The translations under genes were made by a program, and so were the position numbers. From Candidatus Iainarchaeum sp. (GTDB lineage: Archaea > Iainarchaeota > Iainarchaeia > Iainarchaeales > GCA-2688035): a stretch of 32,000 bases of DNA. How positions within the stretch are numbered: position 1 is the first letter of the stretch; every line of letters starts with the position of its first letter. The stretch lies in the NCBI GenBank assembly GCA_028713935.1, contig JAQTNI010000010.1, positions 1-32,000 on the forward strand, in the 5' to 3' direction. This document shows, one piece after another, positions 24,885 through 32,000 of this stretch. The notes beneath the pieces were generated by a model, which made no database searches, had not been told where the DNA came from, and was given only the letters and a program-made list of their open reading frames with translations.

Positions 24885-25610
24885 ATGGCGAAGTTTTTCA
24901 ATATTCGGCGGCTATTCCAATGGAGAAATAAGACTAAGCTGGCTTCACCGGAAAGCAATTTGCCTTTGCCGAAAATAAAAACTACCAAAAGAAGAACACT
25001 GGCATTTTCCCCTAAAATAAAACAATTTGTGAAACAACACCGAGGGGTATTAATCCCTTGCTTTCAAATGATTCAGCAGCACTTGAAAGAATTAAGAGAA
25101 GGAATTCCCATAGCAAATAAAGAAACAGGAGTAAAAATTGAAAGAGCTGCCACAGGCGGGTATTGTGGGAATGTAAAAATAGTGACTGTTAAAGTACAGG
25201 CGAGTGGAAAAGAATTTTTTGTAACAGTTGATGACAACCCAGATGGTGCCAAACAAGTATTAAAAAACCTTGAAATTGCTGAATCTCGTTTAGAAACAAT
25301 TGAACATCGCATTGGAAAATACTCTGTTCAATTAATAAAACCTCATTTGGTATATGCACATTCTATTGCACCTGGAACTACAAACCAAACTGTTTTTTGG
25401 GTAACAAATTTCTATTCCCCGAAAGAGGTAATGCAAGTGTGGGAAACTCGAGGAAAGCTGCGGCAGAGCCTTTATGCCGCATTAACACAATTAAAAATGC
25501 AAGGAACCCTACTGCCATCTGTTACAAATACCTTTTACAATAGAAAAACAAGAGAAATTCTTATTTATGACATTGAAGACTACCCATTTCCATTTATTAG
25601 AGAGAAATAG
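24885..25610 (+). CDS. Hypothetical protein (orphan, basic N-terminus)
   Basis: 241-aa ATG-initiated ORF with protein-like composition and no recognised motif. Codon usage looks mixed or atypical (about half of Arg codons are CGN). Confidence 0.5.
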   Translation: MAKFFNIRRLFQWRNKTKLASPESNLPLPKIKTTKRRTLAFSPKIKQFVKQHRGVLIPCFQMIQQHLKELREGIPIANKETGVKIERAATGGYCGNVKIVTVKVQASGKEFFVTVDDNPDGAKQVLKNLEIAESRLETIEHRIGKYSVQLIKPHLVYAHSIAPGTTNQTVFWVTNFYSPKEVMQVWETRGKLRQSLYAALTQLKMQGTLLPSVTNTFYNRKTREILIYDIEDYPFPFIREK

Positions 25611-25700
25611 ACAAAAAAAATCGCTTTTGTTTAGGATGACTTGGAAAAAAAATTGTTGCTTCGCAAAATGGTTCAAGCACAAAACTAAGGAAAGAAACAG

Positions 25701-26393
25701 TTAAAATTTGAATTTCTTTTTTTCGCCGGGTTTCATTACGACTACTTTTGTTTTTAAGACGCTTTGCTCTATTTTTTGCTGGAATTCTTTCGGGTCCTGC
25801 TGGATCATTTTGAAAGTATTGTAATGCATTGGCACTGCAAAGCTTGGCTTCATTGTTTTTACTGCGCGGATAGCGTCAACGCAATCCATTGTCATTTCAC
25901 CGCCAATCGGCAAAAGAGCAATGTCAGGCTTTATGCCTGAAAAATCATCAAGCAGGTCAGTATCGCCTGCATGGTAAACGCTTGTGCCGTTCTGCTTCAC
26001 CAAAAAGCCCAGAGGGTAAAAACTGTTCGGGTGATGCGCAGGAGTTGCTGTAATGCTTGTGTCTCTCAGCATAATTGTCTGATTCATTGCAATGGGATGC
26101 CCCAAATGCTTTGGAAGATTGAGCTCTCCAAGGATATCGTCGTGTGCAACAACGCAGGCGTTCTGCTTCACTGCAATTTCCTGTATGAGTTTCTTGTCAA
26201 AATGGTCAAAATGCTCGTGCGTTACGAGAATAAGCGAAGTTTTCTTAAAGTCTTTTTTTGTTGCGGCACAGCCAACAAGCCTTTTGAAACTCGGGTCCTT
26301 GCAGTCGGAATTGATATAAGGGTCAATCAGGACATCGCCCTTGGGAAATCCTATTTTGAAAAAAGAATGACCGAAATATTGGATTTCAACCAT
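25701..26393 (-). CDS. UPF0173-type metal-dependent hydrolase (metallo-beta-lactamase fold)
   Basis: MVEIQYFGHSFFKI...VLIDPYI...LILVTHEHFDHFD...YHAGDT... are typical of the archaeal UPF0173 family. Confidence 0.85.
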   Translation of the reverse strand: MVEIQYFGHSFFKIGFPKGDVLIDPYINSDCKDPSFKRLVGCAATKKDFKKTSLILVTHEHFDHFDKKLIQEIAVKQNACVVAHDDILGELNLPKHLGHPIAMNQTIMLRDTSITATPAHHPNSFYPLGFLVKQNGTSVYHAGDTDLLDDFSGIKPDIALLPIGGEMTMDCVDAIRAVKTMKPSFAVPMHYNTFKMIQQDPKEFQQKIEQSVLKTKVVVMKPGEKKKFKF

Positions 26394-26573
26394 GGGCTCA
26401 CTAAAGATACTTCTGCGAAAGACAATTTAAAAAGAGGTAAGTCAATTTTGCTTTCAGAAGGCTGCATTCAAAAAAAAAGCGAAAACTGCCCCCAAAGAAA
26501 AAAAAGCAGTTGCGAACATAAAAAAAAGGTTTATTAAATAAATTCGCATTATTAATTACATTATCAGCTGAAT

Positions 26574-27389
26574 TTGATTGGTGGAAAATTGAAAAAAAAA
26601 TTTGTTTTTGCATTTTTGATTGCAATTCTTTTTTTTGTGTGCCCTGCGGGCGCCCAGTATTATACAATAAGCTCGCACAGCATAGACATTTCCATTGATG
26701 AAGATGGTTTTGCCCTGATAAGCGAAAAATTTTACCTGCAATTCCCCAACGAATTCCAATTGCAGGATTTCCTGAAAAAAAATGCGCAGATAGGGATAAG
26801 CCTTGACAGTTGGAAAACATTTGACAGCAGGATACACACTTATGTTGGAAAAGAATCAGAACTCAACAGGGCAGAAGTGAATTTTGTTGACAGCACCAGT
26901 GGAAAATACCTTGAAATAAAGTATTCCCTGAACACGCCAATTGCGGATAAAAAAGCTGAAACCAGCAGGCTCATTGAATTTTCACTGCAGAACAAGGCAT
27001 TTGACCAGTTTTTACAGGGCGGAGTCCTGATAATGCCGGAAAACACAACAATAACAGTAAAACTGCCGAATTTTGCAGAAATACAAAGCCCTGTAAAACC
27101 GGAAGGAACAATAAGCGCAAACCAGGTTACCTGGCAGGGCTACAAAAGCACAAATGTACTTGAACTTAATTATGTCCTTGTAAAGCAGATTGCAAGCATA
27201 AGCCTGCTTGACAGTGCAAATGCGCTTGTAAAAAGCCCATTGTTTATCCTGTTTGTTGCGGCAATAGCGGCAATAATAATAGTGGCTGCAATAAAAAGAA
27301 AAAAAATTTCTGAAAAAATAGAAAACTTTTTGGTTGAAAACTCAGAGCTTGGCGGAAAAGAAGAAATAGAACAGCAAGAAGAAGAATAA
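26574..27389 (+). CDS. Secreted / C-terminally membrane-anchored hypothetical protein
   Basis: N-terminal signal-like KKKFVFAFLIAILFFVCPAGAQ, C-terminal TM LFILFVAAIAAIIIVAAI followed by KRKK and an acidic tail. TTG start is uncertain. Confidence 0.55.
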   Translation: MIGGKLKKKFVFAFLIAILFFVCPAGAQYYTISSHSIDISIDEDGFALISEKFYLQFPNEFQLQDFLKKNAQIGISLDSWKTFDSRIHTYVGKESELNRAEVNFVDSTSGKYLEIKYSLNTPIADKKAETSRLIEFSLQNKAFDQFLQGGVLIMPENTTITVKLPNFAEIQSPVKPEGTISANQVTWQGYKSTNVLELNYVLVKQIASISLLDSANALVKSPLFILFVAAIAAIIIVAAIKRKKISEKIENFLVENSELGGKEEIEQQEEE

Positions 27390-27450
27390 AGATATTAACT
27401 AATTCCAGTTAACCAATATGTTTAAATAGGTTTTTTGGCCTGCTTATTTA

Positions 27451-27795
27451 ATGCTTTTTGAATTCTTTAGCCACCTGATTAGCCTTGACCTGGCATGGAT
27501 TATAGGCCTTATTATGGGCAATCTGCTCTGGCTTTTTTTGCTTGCCGCCTATGTTTTCATTACACACGAAGGAAAAAAAGTGTTCTGGGGCTTTATTTTT
27601 CTTGTAGGCTCAATCTGGATTGTGCTGGATATCTTCGGAGTGTGGCGCTTTGAAATGTCCCCTATCTGGTTGTTCCTTGTTTTCGCAATCGCACTTGATT
27701 TTTTTATTGCAAACACTAACTGGGAAAAGCACAAGCTGACCTTTCTTTTGGTGTTTTTCTTTGGAACCTCAATTCTCCTGGGAGTGTTAGGGTGA
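27451..27795 (+). CDS. Small hypothetical membrane protein (3-4 TM)
   Basis: 114-aa hydrophobic ORF with ATG start. Its stop overlaps the next ORF start (GTGA at 27792..27795). Confidence 0.45.
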   Translation: MLFEFFSHLISLDLAWIIGLIMGNLLWLFLLAAYVFITHEGKKVFWGFIFLVGSIWIVLDIFGVWRFEMSPIWLFLVFAIALDFFIANTNWEKHKLTFLLVFFFGTSILLGVLG

Positions 27796-27980
27796 AAAAA
27801 ATGGAAGAAGAGAAAAAAACAGAAGGCCAGAGAATATTGAAGGCACTGGAAAATTCAATAATAATAACTGTGTTCCTTGTGCTGGCTGGCTGGCTTTTTG
27901 GATTGGGATTTTATTTTGGAGAAATGGTTTCAACAATGGGCTTTGCGCTTATTTTCCTGTTTTTGTATGGCACAAGGTAA
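27792..27980 (+). CDS. Small hypothetical membrane protein (2 TM)
   Basis: 62-aa ORF (GTG 27792 or ATG 27801) with two hydrophobic segments, coupled to the upstream ORF. Confidence 0.35.
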   Translation: MKKMEEEKKTEGQRILKALENSIIITVFLVLAGWLFGLGFYFGEMVSTMGFALIFLFLYGTR

Positions 27981-27987
27981 AAAAAGG

Positions 27988-28488
27988 CTATCTGGTTTTT
28001 TTCAGGGCAGAATCGCAGATGTCGCAGCGCTTTTCTTCTGTTGTGTTTGGGAATTCTTTGGCGCAGTTTGAGCAGACTGTCCTGAAAGAAATTGTTTTTG
28101 AAATTTTTCCCTGGATTATCGGTTCAAAGGGAATTTCCAATAACAGGCAAAAATTTTGTATGCTATAATCATCAGTAACCACTGTGAATGCTTCCGGCAT
28201 TTCCCTGAATTCCACTGCAAGCGCAATGATTGAAAGGTCTGCGCTGCTCAGCCTCTGAAAGCCGCTTTGCATTGTTTTTCTTGCAACCCAGCCGACTGTT
28301 TCGGGTTTTGGGTCAAAAACAGAAATCAATTGCCTTTGCAGGGCTGATTCCAAGAGGCTTTTGCTTCTCAAATCCTTTATTTCCCAGACTATTTCAGAGG
28401 TTGTTGCATAAGCAAACTCTTCCTTGAAGGAAAAATTGAAGTCATTCAGGACAGCGGAACTGTCCAATAAGAGAACTTTTTTTGGCAT
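27988..28488 (-). CDS. nob1: Nob1-like endonuclease (PIN domain plus zinc ribbon)
   Basis: From ATG 28488: MPKKVLLLDSSAVLNDF... (PIN, acidic residues D9, E..., VVTDDYSIQN) and C-terminal CSNC...CDIC zinc ribbon. The upstream 134 codons of ORF 27988..28890 are antisense to pheS and its promoter and were discarded. Confidence 0.75.
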   Translation of the reverse strand: MPKKVLLLDSSAVLNDFNFSFKEEFAYATTSEIVWEIKDLRSKSLLESALQRQLISVFDPKPETVGWVARKTMQSGFQRLSSADLSIIALAVEFREMPEAFTVVTDDYSIQNFCLLLEIPFEPIIQGKISKTISFRTVCSNCAKEFPNTTEEKRCDICDSALKKTR

Positions 28489-28545
28489 AAAAAAACACTT
28501 TTTTGATACAACAAAAGAGAAATACTGCTTATTACAAGTCCAGGA

Positions 28546-28598
28546 TTTCTTTCTTTTTGGCAACCTACATTTTTCTTTCTTTTGCAAAGAAAGAAAAA
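28546..28598. repeat. Polypyrimidine mirror repeat plus complementary polypurine arm (triplex / H-DNA capable element, copy B)
   Basis: TTTCTTTCTTTTT (28546..28558), 11-nt spacer, TTTTTCTTTCTTT (28570..28582), TGC, AAAGAAAGAAAAA (28586..28598). Arms 2 and 3 form a 13-bp perfect hairpin. Arm 1 is the exact mirror of arm 2. Confidence 0.85.
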
Positions 28599-28630
28599 GG
28601 CGGGTATTAAATAATTCTTTGCTTAAATAG

Positions 28631-28643
28631 TTAATTAAATATT
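28631..28643 (+). promoter_or_regulatory. TATA-like box upstream of pheS
   Basis: TTAATTAAATATT lies ~30-40 nt upstream of ATG 28673. Confidence 0.3.
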
Positions 28644-28672
28644 GGTGTTTAGTGCAGTGTAAGTGATGTTTC

Positions 28673-30130
28673 ATGGATTTGAAGGCAATCGCGGCATCGC
28701 TCAGCGAAATTGAAAAAAAAGCCCTGAAGGCAATCGGCTCTGAAGAGAGTTTTTCCTTTGAGGAAATTGCAGGCAAAAGCGGGCTGCAGATTGATTCTGT
28801 CAGGAGGGCAATGGGCTGGCTTGCGGAAAAAAAGCTTGTTGAAATAAGCGAGGAAAAAAAATTTGAAAAAAGGCTCACTGAAAAAGGCAAAATTTACCTT
28901 GAAAAAGGCATGCCTGAAGAGGTTTTTTTGGATTGCCTTGAAAAAATTGGCGGAACAAGCGATTTTGAAGAATTGCAGAAAAAAACCTTTTTGCCAAAAG
29001 AAGAATTTGGGTTTGCGCTTGGCTTTAACAGGAAAAAAAATTTTGTAGTAATTTTGAAAGGCGAAAAGCCGCGCATACAATTGACTGGGCTTTCAAAGGA
29101 ACTCCCCCCTGAAAGCGGAAAAGAACTTTTGGAAAAAATCGAGGAAAAAAAACTTCTTGAAAGGGAAAAATTTTTGGAATTAAGGGAAAGGGGAATTGTT
29201 GAAGAAATTGAAAAAACAGCGAGAAAAGCAAGAATCAATGAACAGGGAAAAAAAGCGCTTGAAGCAATTGGCAGTGCAAAGGAACGCGCTTATAATATCC
29301 AGGGCGCTGTCCCGGAAATTTTTATTGGAAAAAAACAGCCTTATGTGAGGTTTCTGCAGGGCATAAGGAGAAAGCTCACTGAACTCGGCTTTGTTGAAAT
29401 GGATTCCCCTGCCATAGTGCAGGAATTTTATAATTTTGATGTCTTGTTTCAGCCCCAGAACCATCCCGCAAGGCAATGGGCCGACACTTACCAGTTAAAA
29501 CAGCCAAAATTTGGCGCGCTTCCCCCTGAAAAAATTGTTGAAAAAATAAAGGCTGCACATGAAAATGGTGCTGGCACAGGAAGCAGGGGCTGGCAGTACA
29601 AATGGGACATTGAAATCGCAAAAAAGCTCATGCCTGCAGCGCATGCCACTGCGCATTCAGCAAGGCAGCTTGTGAAAGGCGTTAAAGTTCCCGGAAAATA
29701 TTTTTCAATTTCGCGCTGTTACAGGCCGGACATTGTCGATGCAAAGCACCTTATTGAATTCAACCAGATGGATGGAATAATTATTGACGAACAAATGAAT
29801 TTCAGGAAATTACTGGGAATGTTAAGGCAATTTGCAGTTGAATTTGCAGGAACAGAAAAAATAAAATTTGTTCCAAGCTATTACCCTTTCACAGAGCCAA
29901 GCTGCCAGTTGAATGTAAAGCACCCGGAGCTCGGATGGATAGAGCTTGGAGGAAGCGGAATTTTTCGGCCTGAATTAACCTTGCCTTTAGGAATAAAACA
30001 GCCAGTGCTTGCCTGGGGCCTTGGAATTGACAGGCTTGCAATGGTAAAGCTTGGCATAAAAGACATAAGGCAATTGTTTTCAGACGATTTAAACTGGCTG
30101 AGAAAACAACCAATGGCGGCGATTGAATGA
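28673..30130 (+). CDS. pheS: Phenylalanine--tRNA ligase alpha subunit (archaeal/eukaryotic type)
   Basis: N-terminal winged-helix repeats, then class II core motifs FQPQNHPARQWADTYQL, HATAHSARQL, YRPDIVDAKHLIEFNQMDG, YYPFTEPS and GSGIFRPE. Confidence 0.93.
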   Translation: MDLKAIAASLSEIEKKALKAIGSEESFSFEEIAGKSGLQIDSVRRAMGWLAEKKLVEISEEKKFEKRLTEKGKIYLEKGMPEEVFLDCLEKIGGTSDFEELQKKTFLPKEEFGFALGFNRKKNFVVILKGEKPRIQLTGLSKELPPESGKELLEKIEEKKLLEREKFLELRERGIVEEIEKTARKARINEQGKKALEAIGSAKERAYNIQGAVPEIFIGKKQPYVRFLQGIRRKLTELGFVEMDSPAIVQEFYNFDVLFQPQNHPARQWADTYQLKQPKFGALPPEKIVEKIKAAHENGAGTGSRGWQYKWDIEIAKKLMPAAHATAHSARQLVKGVKVPGKYFSISRCYRPDIVDAKHLIEFNQMDGIIIDEQMNFRKLLGMLRQFAVEFAGTEKIKFVPSYYPFTEPSCQLNVKHPELGWIELGGSGIFRPELTLPLGIKQPVLAWGLGIDRLAMVKLGIKDIRQLFSDDLNWLRKQPMAAIE

Positions 30131-30684
30131 GTCCAAAACGTTACCGCCCTCCTCGAATATTACGCATGAGTGATGCTATCAATGCATTAACAAGTAAAGG
30201 GCTAAATACTTCTGACGCTGACATGGTGGTGCGCAAACTTCACACACGACATATTGGCCCCCAACGAGCACTCCTATTTCTCATGCAACACGCGACACCA
30301 GAAGAGCTAAGAAAAATCGCACAACAAGGCCAGACAATGGGAAAACAGCGAACTCCGATCACACAGCCACACCAAAGCCTTGCAAATTTTGTGCTTCACA
30401 TGGCACTGGGCAAAATTTCCCAATTGCACGCAAGCCAATCCGGGGCTGGAAAGTTCTACAAATCGCTTCAAGAAGGAATTGCAAGCAAATTAGGTTTTGT
30501 GGACATCACGCCGCTTGTCACAGACAGACTCAGACCCAGGCATAATCCTGCATTGTTTCAAACATTTATCCGCTTGGAGCGAGAACTCCTTCTGCACGAA
30601 AAAACAGGCAGGTTATTGACGCCTGAAGGAATAACCGCGCAAGAAAGATTTTGGAAATTTGTTCAACAGAGTATAAAAGAGTGA
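30127..30684 (+). CDS. Hypothetical basic protein, paralog of 30758..31291 (atypical CGN-rich Arg codon usage)
   Basis: ATG overlaps the pheS stop (ATGA). Alignable to the next ORF: MSPKRYRP/MRPKIRP, KGLNTSDADMVVRKL/KTGLQQRDFDFLLQAL, GPQRAL/GQTRAL, TPEELRKIAQQ/LPAEQLRGLAAK, HMALGKISQL/EHALGKIRSL, TPEGITAQERFWKFV/TPEFRETEKIFRRIV. Confidence 0.65.
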   Translation: MSPKRYRPPRILRMSDAINALTSKGLNTSDADMVVRKLHTRHIGPQRALLFLMQHATPEELRKIAQQGQTMGKQRTPITQPHQSLANFVLHMALGKISQLHASQSGAGKFYKSLQEGIASKLGFVDITPLVTDRLRPRHNPALFQTFIRLERELLLHEKTGRLLTPEGITAQERFWKFVQQSIKE

Positions 30685-30761
30685 AAAAAAAGCTTTCTTT
30701 AGAAATAAGCAAAAAAGGTTTGGAAATGCTTGCAAGAAAAAAAGCAAGGGTGATACTGTGA
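30681..30761 (+). pseudogene. Relic duplicate of the pheT 5' end, retained as a 26-codon mini-ORF
   Basis: GTGAAAAAAAAGCTTTCTTTAGAAATAAGCAAAAAAGGTTTGGAAATGCTTGCAAGAA versus the pheT start GTGAAAAAAATGCCTTCTCTTGAAATCAGCAAAAAAGATTTGGAATCCCTTGCAAAAA: about 52 of 62 nt identical with no gaps. It translates to VKKKLSLEISKKGLEMLARKK, versus VKKMPSLEISKKDLESLAKTK for pheT. GTGA overlaps occur at both ends (30681..30684 and 30758..30761). Confidence 0.6.
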
Positions 30762-31291
30762 GGCCAAAAATCAGGCCACTGGTTCAGGCAAGAGAAAGCG
30801 CAGTGGCTCTTTACAGAATGGAAAAGGTTATGCAAAAAACAGGTTTGCAGCAAAGAGACTTTGATTTTTTGCTGCAGGCTTTAAGGCCTGAAAACCCTGG
30901 GCAAACAAGGGCATTAAACGGAATTCTTGCAAGCCTGCCAGCTGAACAATTAAGGGGGCTTGCAGCAAAATTGCGCGCAGGGCAAACAACCAGGAACCAG
31001 ATATTGCCAAGGAAATCTTCTGAACACGCTTTGGGAAAAATCCGGAGTCTGGCTCCGGGCACATTTGGAAAAGAACTTTTAACATTAAAAACCAGATACA
31101 AAATGGGTTACAGGGACATAATCCCTGAAGCTGTGCGCAGGGCAAGCCATGTATATCTTTCGCGGGGAGAACGCGCGGATTTTGACAGGGCAAGCAGGGT
31201 TTTGATAGAAATGGAAAGACAGGGAAAAAAAGGGACTCCTGAATTCAGGGAAACTGAAAAAATTTTTCGCAGGATAGTAAAACATTTATAG
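30758..31291 (+). CDS. Hypothetical basic protein, paralog of 30127..30684 (host-like AGR Arg codons)
   Basis: 177-aa ORF with a GTG start overlapping the mini-ORF stop. The TAG stop lies directly before GTG 31292 and 9 nt before the pheT ATG. Motif alignment is given under 30127..30684. Confidence 0.65.
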   Translation: MRPKIRPLVQARESAVALYRMEKVMQKTGLQQRDFDFLLQALRPENPGQTRALNGILASLPAEQLRGLAAKLRAGQTTRNQILPRKSSEHALGKIRSLAPGTFGKELLTLKTRYKMGYRDIIPEAVRRASHVYLSRGERADFDRASRVLIEMERQGKKGTPEFRETEKIFRRIVKHL

Positions 31292-31300
31292 GTGAAAAAA

Positions 31301-32000
31301 ATGCCTTCTCTTGAAATCAGCAAAAAAGATTTGGAATCCCTTGCAAAAACAAAATTTGCCTCAAAGGAAAAGCTTGAAGAGGCATTGGAGTTTGCAAAAT
31401 GCGAGCTTGATGCAATTGAAGGCGACAAGCTTGCCATTGGAGTGAGCGATACAAACAGGCCTGATTTGTTAAGCGCAGAAGGCATTGCAAGGGAAATAAG
31501 AAGCCATTATTCAAAAGAAAAAGGAGTGCCAAAATACAAAATAACAAATTCCAGTGTTTCGCTTATTGTTGACAAAAACATTGAAAAAATCCGGCCCTGC
31601 ATTGCAGCCGCAATAGTGAAAAAAGTGAATGTAACAGAAGAATTTTTGGCGCAAATGATTCAATTGCAGGAAAAGGTTTGCCTGACTTTTGGAAGAAAAA
31701 GAAAAGAAGCAGCAATCGGCCTATATGATTGGTCAAAGCTGAAAGCGCCAATGCATTACAAGGCATTCAGGCCAAAAGAGCTGAAATTTATTCCGCTTGA
31801 TTACAAGGCAGAAATGGACCTGGAAGAAATTTTGCTTGAGCACCCAAAGGGAAAAGAATACGCGCATCTCCTCAAAGGATTCGAAAAATATCCCATTGTA
31901 ATTGACAACGAGGGAAAAGTCGCTTCAATGCCGCCGGTTATTAATTCACAGGCAACAGGCAAGGTTTCTGAAACAACAAAAGAGCTTCTTGTGGAAGTGA
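31301..32000 (+). CDS. pheT: Phenylalanine--tRNA ligase beta subunit, N-terminal part (runs off the window)
   Basis: Open frame from ATG 31301 (or in-frame GTG 31292) to the window end with no stop. MPSLEISKKDLESLAKTKF...LAIGVSDTNRPDLLSAEGIAREI...ASMPPVINS is typical of the archaeal PheT B3/B4 region. Not in the ORF track because it has no stop. Confidence 0.88.
   Translation, partial: MPSLEISKKDLESLAKTKFASKEKLEEALEFAKCELDAIEGDKLAIGVSDTNRPDLLSAEGIAREIRSHYSKEKGVPKYKITNSSVSLIVDKNIEKIRPCIAAAIVKKVNVTEEFLAQMIQLQEKVCLTFGRKRKEAAIGLYDWSKLKAPMHYKAFRPKELKFIPLDYKAEMDLEEILLEHPKGKEYAHLLKGFEKYPIVIDNEGKVASMPPVINSQATGKVSETTKELLVEV

Noticed and set aside
28489-28890. The N-terminal 134 codons of ORF 27988..28890 (-), which would give a 300-aa Nob1-like protein.
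   Set aside because: This part is antisense to the pheS 5' end and the intergenic promoter and repeat region, and has shadow-like composition. The PIN domain begins right at ATG 28488 (MPKKVLLLDSSAV), giving a normal ~166-aa archaeal Nob1.
1-32000. Search for CRISPR arrays, rRNA genes, intact tRNAs, transposases and integrases.
   Set aside because: No regularly spaced direct repeats, no rRNA-like conserved blocks, no complete cloverleaf candidates, and no transposase- or integrase-like ORFs were seen on either strand.

Overview
AT-rich archaeal chromosome segment. The informational genes are archaeal: two PCNA paralogs, RpoL/Rpo11, exosome Csl4, Nob1, archaeal-type PheS/PheT, membrane LonB, Sec11-type signal peptidase, RNase Z and a DUF99 protein. 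By inference only, the compact gene packing, several bacterial-type metabolic genes (class II FBA, Fsa/Tal transaldolase), many orphan ORFs and a split gene fit a small-genome, DPANN-like archaeon. No rRNA gene, intact tRNA gene or CRISPR array was seen. Several well-aligned genes appear to start at GTG or TTG (lonB N-part, rpoL, SPFH, nucleotidyltransferase). The main findings are: (1) lonB is broken at an intein into two separately delimited ORFs carrying intein N- and C-halves, with a free-standing LAGLIDADG endonuclease ORF and an opposite-strand membrane ORF between them. (2) Two divergent paralogs of an uncharacterised basic protein family sit between pheS and pheT. They are chained by ATGA/GTGA overlaps through a 26-codon relic of the pheT 5' end, and possible further family members lie at 6618 and 23595. 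(3) An intergenic element has polypyrimidine mirror repeats plus a complementary polypurine arm that could form a perfect 13-triplet triplex, with two relatives elsewhere. (4) A 36-nt perfect direct repeat occurs 15 kb apart, each copy next to DNA with atypical Arg codon usage. (5) A radical SAM gene has a protein-like reading frame that continues through two in-frame TAA codons. (6) Two toxin-antitoxin-like pairs (hicBA, DUF4258/DUF2283) are present. All functional calls rest on motif recognition by eye; no database searches were run.
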